From: Rhizobium sp. Q54
GTDB lineage: Bacteria > Pseudomonadota > Alphaproteobacteria > UBA7879 > VGCX01
Length of the DNA: 64,000 nucleotides
Direction: 5' to 3'
Assembly: GCA_945870825.1 (NCBI GenBank)
Contig: CAMBTM010000005.1
Span: 33 to 64,032 of the forward strand
In this document: piece by piece, positions 58,552 to 64,000 of the stretch
Layout of the letters: every line of letters starts with the position of its first letter
Numbering within the stretch: the stretch's first letter is position 1
Position numbers and translations under genes: made by a program
The notes under the pieces: generated by a model
Told to the model about the DNA's origin: nothing
The model's input: only the letters and a program-made list of their open reading frames with translations
Database searches by the model: none

Positions 58552-59638
58552 GAATATCCTTTTTTGAAGAAATTACCACAAGATCGTTTTCGTCGTCCAG
58601 ACTAAACCCTTCAAGGACAAGTTTTTCTTTAAGACTCTGCAAATCCCCTTTAAATGAAAGCCAAAGAATGGTCTCTTCACGGGATAGAGAATGAAACGTA
58701 ACCCCTTTGACGATTGAAAGATGTTGGATTTTTTCAAGGGACTTGTGCCAATGAGTAAAGTTATCCTCTACCAGTTTAACCTTGAAAACATGACGGGTTT
58801 GGTCTTTATCGTTATGCATCAACGCCCACTGTCCTTGGAGTTCCCCTATAATCTTGGTGCGCCATTCTCCTAAAACAGTATCACGCTCGGTTTGATGCAA
58901 AGAAAATGGTCCCATCCCATGGGCATTCTTAATGTCTTGCAAGGCAAAGGGAATATATCGGATAAACCCTCTATACGTCTCTTCCTCTGCTTGACCCTCC
59001 TTGTCCAAGGATAAAATCGTCAGTAAGACGTCATCGGCCTCATACCGCTCTTTTAGTTTAATCAACATGGACATGTCCAAATGGGCCAAATCCTGTAGGG
59101 GACATGCAATTTGATCCTCGAGATCCCCAAGGGGCGTAACAATATGGGTATCATCATGAGACTCACCCAGGGAAAGCCAAGTTCGATACCAAATGTTTTC
59201 TGTTTCATTCCAAAGAATCAATTGCCCATCCTTGATAACAATCGGCAACACAACCAGACGCAACAGACCGATTTCTACAAAAGGAATCTCGTGTGTTTCT
59301 AATGTCGTTTGAACTTTTTTGTCGTCAAATTCAAAGGTGATTGCCGCCACGTACTGTACATCGGAATGTTGTTCCCCTTTGACAGAAAAACTTTTGATAT
59401 AGTCTTGAATTCTTTCTGGCGTAAACTCTGGAAGGTTTCTGGCATCATCCCCTAAAGAAAGACGTTTGAGCAGTTTTTGAAACGCTAGAGATTGACCCAG
59501 GGCCAAAGCCTCTTCCTTGGCTTTGGCAGCAGAAGGCCCCGTCACATCAACTTGAACAGTCACAGTATAGACAGGGCTTTCAGCAGCCGCAAAAGAGGTC
59601 CAGAGAAAAAATAAAAATAACGCAGGACAAAAGCGCAA
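58535..59638 (-). CDS. Hypothetical periplasmic protein (possibly DUF2066-like)
   Basis: Signal peptide MRFCPALFLFFLWTSFAAA; 367 aa; no catalytic motif recognised; TTG start. Confidence 0.45.
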   Translation of the reverse strand: MRFCPALFLFFLWTSFAAAESPVYTVTVQVDVTGPSAAKAKEEALALGQSLAFQKLLKRLSLGDDARNLPEFTPERIQDYIKSFSVKGEQHSDVQYVAAITFEFDDKKVQTTLETHEIPFVEIGLLRLVVLPIVIKDGQLILWNETENIWYRTWLSLGESHDDTHIVTPLGDLEDQIACPLQDLAHLDMSMLIKLKERYEADDVLLTILSLDKEGQAEEETYRGFIRYIPFALQDIKNAHGMGPFSLHQTERDTVLGEWRTKIIGELQGQWALMHNDKDQTRHVFKVKLVEDNFTHWHKSLEKIQHLSIVKGVTFHSLSREETILWLSFKGDLQSLKEKLVLEGFSLDDENDLVVISSKKDIHDSLA

Positions 59639-59642
59639 AGCC

Positions 59643-60065
59643 TTACCCTACAATGTCAGTATCCTTAAAGAAAAATGCAATTTCATTCTTTGCATTTTCC
59701 AAGGAGTCGGACCCATGGACAGAGTTTTCATCAATGGACAAAGCAAACAAAGCCCGCACCGTCCCAGGGGTTGCATCCTTAGGGTTTGTAGCCCCCATCA
59801 CATCTCGGTGTTTTTGAACAGCATTCTCGCCTTCCAATACCTGCACCACAACAGGTCCAGAGGACATGAAAGACACAAGGTCATTATAAAAAGGACGTTC
59901 TTTATGAACAGCATAAAACGCGCCAGCCTGATCAGGTGTCAAGTGAACACGCCGTTGCGCCACAACTCGAAGCCCAGCGTCTTCAAAACAGGTAATGATT
60001 TTTCCTGTGATGTTACGACGTGTCGCGTCTGGTTTCAAAATAGACAATGTTCTTTCGATAGCCAT
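59643..60065 (-). CDS. ndk: Nucleoside diphosphate kinase
   Basis: [14 protein letters not shown]...NSVHGSDS motifs; the start was chosen at the MAIERT ATG. Confidence 0.9.
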   Translation of the reverse strand: MAIERTLSILKPDATRRNITGKIITCFEDAGLRVVAQRRVHLTPDQAGAFYAVHKERPFYNDLVSFMSSGPVVVQVLEGENAVQKHRDVMGATNPKDATPGTVRALFALSIDENSVHGSDSLENAKNEIAFFFKDTDIVG

Positions 60066-60153
60066 GAAATGTAATCTCCTAAAACTGTTAACGAATGTAG
60101 GGCCCATACTAAGCCAGATAGGGAGCGGAACTCAAGGAAAAAATGGGAGCTCG

Positions 60154-61491
60154 TCACTTCTGAGCATAAGGGTTCTTTGATTCCCGCATTAAAAAGCGCA
60201 ATGGGACCCCCTCGAAATTAAAATTGGTCCTGAGGCTATTTCTTAAATACCGTAGGTAAGACTCCGGAAAATGCTTGGCACGGGTCACGAACAACGCAAA
60301 GGTGGGGGGGCGCGCTTTGATTTGGGTGACATAACGAATTTTAAGAGTCGTGCCATTGACTAAAGGCGGTGGATTGTGGCTAAGAACATCTTCAAGCCAA
60401 CGGTTCAGCGCACCTGTTGCGACCCGTTTTTCCCATGAAGCATACATTTTCACAACGGCACGAAAAACACTGTCCAGATTCTTTTTCTTTAAAGAAGACG
60501 TCATAATGACAGGAATGCCTCTCACCTGGGACAAAATACTCTCCAGCTCATGATTCACATCCCGCATGAGGCCCTCTGGATCTTGAACCTGATCGCTTTT
60601 GTTCAGGACAATCACCATAGCGCGTCCCTCTTCCACCACTTGACGTGCGATGGTCATGTCTTGTTTTTCAAGGGGTTGGGTCGCGTCCATCATCAAAATC
60701 ACACATTCAGCGTATTGGATGGCTTCCCGTGTTTGTTCCACAATCTGTTTTTCAAGCAAGGTTTCAACCCGGCTTTGACGTCTTAACCCTGCTGTATCCA
60801 TCAATTGAAATTTCTGATTGCCAAAAGTAAAGTCCACAGAAACAGAGTCCCGGGTTGTGCCTGCTTCATCACTAGTGACAAGGCGTTCCTCCCCAAGCAC
60901 TTGGTTGATAAAGGTTGATTTACCCACATTAGGCCGCCCGACAATGGCTAATTTGATGGATTTTTCTTTTGCCTCTTCAACGCCTTTTTCTGTCACAAAG
61001 GGCCGCAAAGCCTCAAACAAATCCACAAACCCTTCCTTGTGCTCTGCTGAAATGGCAATAGGATCGCCGAACCCCAACCGGTAAAAATCCCCAAAAGTAT
61101 TTTTATTCTTCTGAGATTCACACTTATTAATAATAACCACAACGGGCTTGTCTTGTTTGTGAAGGGTCCGTGCAATTTCTTTATCTTCTGCCGTCACACC
61201 TTCTGTGCCATCCAAAATAAACCAAATAACATCAGCTTCATCAATAGCATGATACGTCTGCGCGTGGGCACGATGGGATAGATCTGCAACATCTACTTTA
61301 TTCAAAGAAAAAAGACCTGCGGTGTCCACCAAACGAAAGTCCATATCACCAAGAGAAGCCTCTGTATATTGCCGGTCACGGGTAATCCCCGGCGCATCGT
61401 GAACAATGGCTTTTTTTTGAGTCGAAAGACGATTAAAGAGGGTGGATTTCCCAACATTGGGGCGGCCCACCAAAGCAACAGTACAAACCAT
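60154..61491 (-). CDS. der: Ribosome biogenesis GTPase Der (EngA)
   Basis: Two tandem GTPase domains (GRPNVGKST x2) and a KH-like C-terminus. Confidence 0.95.
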   Translation of the reverse strand: MVCTVALVGRPNVGKSTLFNRLSTQKKAIVHDAPGITRDRQYTEASLGDMDFRLVDTAGLFSLNKVDVADLSHRAHAQTYHAIDEADVIWFILDGTEGVTAEDKEIARTLHKQDKPVVVIINKCESQKNKNTFGDFYRLGFGDPIAISAEHKEGFVDLFEALRPFVTEKGVEEAKEKSIKLAIVGRPNVGKSTFINQVLGEERLVTSDEAGTTRDSVSVDFTFGNQKFQLMDTAGLRRQSRVETLLEKQIVEQTREAIQYAECVILMMDATQPLEKQDMTIARQVVEEGRAMVIVLNKSDQVQDPEGLMRDVNHELESILSQVRGIPVIMTSSLKKKNLDSVFRAVVKMYASWEKRVATGALNRWLEDVLSHNPPPLVNGTTLKIRYVTQIKARPPTFALFVTRAKHFPESYLRYLRNSLRTNFNFEGVPLRFLMRESKNPYAQK

Positions 61492-62816
61492 TATACGACT
61501 GCAACAAGGCGCCCACGATCGGTTAAGACATAAAGAGTCTCTTCCGCAACGATGGCAGACAAGCTAATGGGGTCAGACAGGGAAAGGGTCTTTGTCGTTT
61601 CGCCCGTTTCAGGATTCAAGAACAACACCTGACCATTGGACCCTGTAATAACAAGGAATCCACCAGCAAGGATCGGTCCTGCCCAGCGATACGGGTCTTT
61701 CTTGTCTTGAGGCTTTGCATAACGTGGCAACTGTTGGACCCAGGCCACTTGACCTGTTTCACGCAACAAACACGTCACCCGACTTTCATTGGTAATGACA
61801 AAAATAAATTCATCCGTCACAGCAGGGGTTCGAACACCCCCAATTTCCTTATCCCACAGACGTCGGCCCGTCCTAAAGTCAATCGCCATCATCCGCTCCC
61901 CTTGGGATAGGGCAATAACCATAGACTTATAAATCACTGGCCGGGCGCGAATTTGAGATAAAACAGCCGTTGAACTAAGGGTCCTTAAAGGATTCAAAGC
62001 TTCCGCCCACAAAACATGTCCATTTTCTGCCCGAAGTGCCAAAAGTTCGCCTGTAGAATAGGGCACAACCACAACACGATTATGAACCGCAGGAGACGCT
62101 CCCCCTACAAAACTTGTGGTTTCAACCGTCCCTTCATGTTGCCACACCTGCACACCTGTCACGGCATCAACCGCCAGAAGACGGTTGTTGGTCGTTGCTA
62201 TATACACACGTTCGCCGTCAACCGTCGGCGCTGAACGCGCGGGGTAAATCAGAGGACTTCGCCATATTTCAAAGCCTTTTGTTTTTTCAAGGGCCAACGT
62301 CTCCCCATAAGGTGTTGATGCATAAACTTTGTCACCATGAATCGCGATACCCCCGCCGGCATGATAGGCATTGTCTTGAACATTTTTAGGTTCCGTCACA
62401 AATGACCAGATCAAATCCCCTGTGTCTGTTTTTCTGGCTTGTACACGACCGTCTGCATCAATGGTATAAATGACCCCTTCTGCAACAATCGGTGTTGAAA
62501 GAAGAAACCGGTGCTTATCAGTCCCACTGCCAATACTGGTGGACCAACGAATTTTTCTCTCACCCTCTTTCAATGCTCCATGAGGCACCACGTGCTCAGG
62601 GTTTGCACCCATTTCAGACCACTGGGTATTACGCGTAGGGGTTGGTAAATAAATAGAAATATTATCCGCATCAGGGTCACGCGTTAATGTATCAGTTGCC
62701 TCCAAAAGGGTTACGCGTTCCCCTTCCAATGGCTTTTTATTATCCCCACACTGCACCAAGAATGCCAAGGGAAGAACTGCTAGGAGACTGCGCAAAAACG
62801 CACGTGAACACCGCAT
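61491..62816 (-). CDS. bamB: Outer membrane protein assembly factor BamB
   Basis: Lipoprotein signal ...LAFLVQC; PQQ-like beta-propeller repeats; a conserved position upstream of der. Confidence 0.85.
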   Translation of the reverse strand: MRCSRAFLRSLLAVLPLAFLVQCGDNKKPLEGERVTLLEATDTLTRDPDADNISIYLPTPTRNTQWSEMGANPEHVVPHGALKEGERKIRWSTSIGSGTDKHRFLLSTPIVAEGVIYTIDADGRVQARKTDTGDLIWSFVTEPKNVQDNAYHAGGGIAIHGDKVYASTPYGETLALEKTKGFEIWRSPLIYPARSAPTVDGERVYIATTNNRLLAVDAVTGVQVWQHEGTVETTSFVGGASPAVHNRVVVVPYSTGELLALRAENGHVLWAEALNPLRTLSSTAVLSQIRARPVIYKSMVIALSQGERMMAIDFRTGRRLWDKEIGGVRTPAVTDEFIFVITNESRVTCLLRETGQVAWVQQLPRYAKPQDKKDPYRWAGPILAGGFLVITGSNGQVLFLNPETGETTKTLSLSDPISLSAIVAEETLYVLTDRGRLVAVV

Positions 62817-63493
62817 TATTTTGAGGCCTCACCCTGCTGATTTTCCAAAGAACGCAGCAAAGACTCTGCCCGGAAAACCACGAAAGCAGGGGCTTCCTTA
62901 TAATCTTTGGCACTATCCAAAAGCTTGGTCAAGGCAGTCTTTGCCGCCGCATAATTCCCCAACTTCATTTCAAGAAGGGCTGTCAACTCAAGAGCTGAAA
63001 ACCGCCAGGGACTGGAATCTTTTGTTAATTTTGAAAGGCTTTTCAAAAGGCCTTTGGGATCTTCTGAATCAAATCCTGCATAGGCCAACCGCAAAAGGGC
63101 AAGATTGCGATAATTATCGTCCCCTGCCGTATCATTCACAATACTTCGATAGACCTCGCGCGCCCCTTCGTCATCGGATTCATCTTGAAGCAAAGCTGCC
63201 ACAAGAAATCGTGATAAATCTTTGTAAGCGCCTTTGTTTTGAAGAGGAATTTCTTCCAAAACCCCCAGCGCTGTCTTCATGTTTTTAGCGCCGATGCTAT
63301 GAAGAGCACTCGTATATTTTTCAGAGGCCTCTAAATTTTTTGACGCCTGATGGCGTTTCCAAAAACTATCAAGAGCCGTCAAAGCAACGCAGATGGCCAT
63401 AAAACCATACACATAATTCTGGTACTTTTTCCAAAGATCCAGCCACCGCTCTTCTTTGACCTCTTCTCTTATTTCATCAAAAATATCAACCAC
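62816..63493 (-). CDS. YfgM-like TPR/membrane-anchored protein
   Basis: An acidic N-terminus, an RWLDLWKKY motif, one TM helix, and a helical repeat region; canonical yfgM-bamB-der arrangement. Confidence 0.65.
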   Translation of the reverse strand: MVDIFDEIREEVKEERWLDLWKKYQNYVYGFMAICVALTALDSFWKRHQASKNLEASEKYTSALHSIGAKNMKTALGVLEEIPLQNKGAYKDLSRFLVAALLQDESDDEGAREVYRSIVNDTAGDDNYRNLALLRLAYAGFDSEDPKGLLKSLSKLTKDSSPWRFSALELTALLEMKLGNYAAAKTALTKLLDSAKDYKEAPAFVVFRAESLLRSLENQQGEASK

Positions 63494-63562
63494 GGATGTT
63501 CTCCATTTTTATCATCTGATTTATACTAATACCGTGCTCTGGAAGGAAGATCAATCGTAAAG

Positions 63563-64000
63563 TTACCACATTACCCCCGGCATAACGTATTGGGGCCTTA
63601 TACCTTCTGCTCCAAACCAATCATCAAGCCCCTCAAAGGACACATCATCGCTGTGAAGTCCCCCATGGATAAAGACACTATCAAGCCCTACGCCATTCGC
63701 CCCTTTAATATCCGTAAACAACCCATCTCCCACTGCAATGAGGCTTTTCAACTCAGGGTCGCCTAATTTACGAAAGATACTTTGATAAATAAACGGCTCT
63801 GGCTTACCGCAATAAATCACCGTTCCGCCCATTTTTTCATAAGATTCAGCAATACTCCCCGCACATAAAGTTTTTGTATTCCCTTCAATAGAAAACCGAT
63901 CGGGATTAGAACAGACAAGAGGCAGATTCAACGACAACGCCTCTTGTAGGATGCGCTGAGACCCCTCCATAGGCCCGGTGCATAAGATATAGCGTGCTTC
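63563..64000 (-). CDS. HAD-superfamily hydrolase (class IIA-like), 3' part; the N-terminus lies beyond the window
   Basis: GDGLFTDIKGANGVGLDSVFIHGG HAD motif III/IV region; the ORF is open to the window edge. Confidence 0.55.
   Translation of the reverse strand, partial: EARYILCTGPMEGSQRILQEALSLNLPLVCSNPDRFSIEGNTKTLCAGSIAESYEKMGGTVIYCGKPEPFIYQSIFRKLGDPELKSLIAVGDGLFTDIKGANGVGLDSVFIHGGLHSDDVSFEGLDDWFGAEGIRPQYVMPGVMW

Overview
This 64 kb window looks like a chromosomal segment from an alphaproteobacterium-type genome. The order lpxD-fabZ-lpxA-lpxI-lpxB, a short alpha-type FtsL, an HdaA-like Hda and UbiG all point that way. Most of the window is conserved housekeeping synteny:

1. A long minus-strand array rpsB-tsf-pyrH-frr-uppS-cdsA-rseP-bamA-skp-lpxD-fabZ-lpxA-lpxI-lpxB (about 15.1-28.2 kb).
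2. A complete canonical dcw cluster, mraZ-rsmH-ftsL-ftsI-murE-murF-mraY-murD-ftsW-murG-murC-murB-ddl-ftsQ-ftsA-ftsZ (37.5-55.2 kb, plus strand).
3. A minus-strand array (HAD-like hydrolase)-yfgM-like-bamB-der-ndk-(secreted protein)-pgsA-AI-2E transporter-hda (56.3-64 kb).

Two tRNAs are present: tRNA-Asn(GTT) at 13194-13269 and tRNA-Val(GAC) at 28349-28423, both on the minus strand.

Non-core content sits mainly in the first 11 kb:

- A decayed mobile-element patch (1-2.1 kb) with a frameshifted group II intron reverse-transcriptase/maturase remnant and a C-terminal fragment of an IS transposase.
- An orphan 906-aa outer-membrane protein of the Omp85/TpsB superfamily (2135-4855) carrying three ShlB-type POTRA repeats.
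- ampG, an ArnT-like GT39 glycosyltransferase, and a trio of GC-rich hairpin repeats (8007-8165).
- A small signal-peptide protein (10202-10561) whose mature part resembles a ubiquitin-like beta-grasp fold.

Other accessory items are a RelE/ParE-Phd/YefM toxin-antitoxin pair (30042-30578), several signal-peptide proteins of unknown function (14562-15140, 32970-34061, 58535-59638), and a 22-bp dispersed repeat present both at the IS remnant and just downstream of ftsZ.

I saw no CRISPR array, rRNA, or clear prophage. All calls rest on reading the six-frame translations and the nucleotide sequence by eye; no database searches were run.
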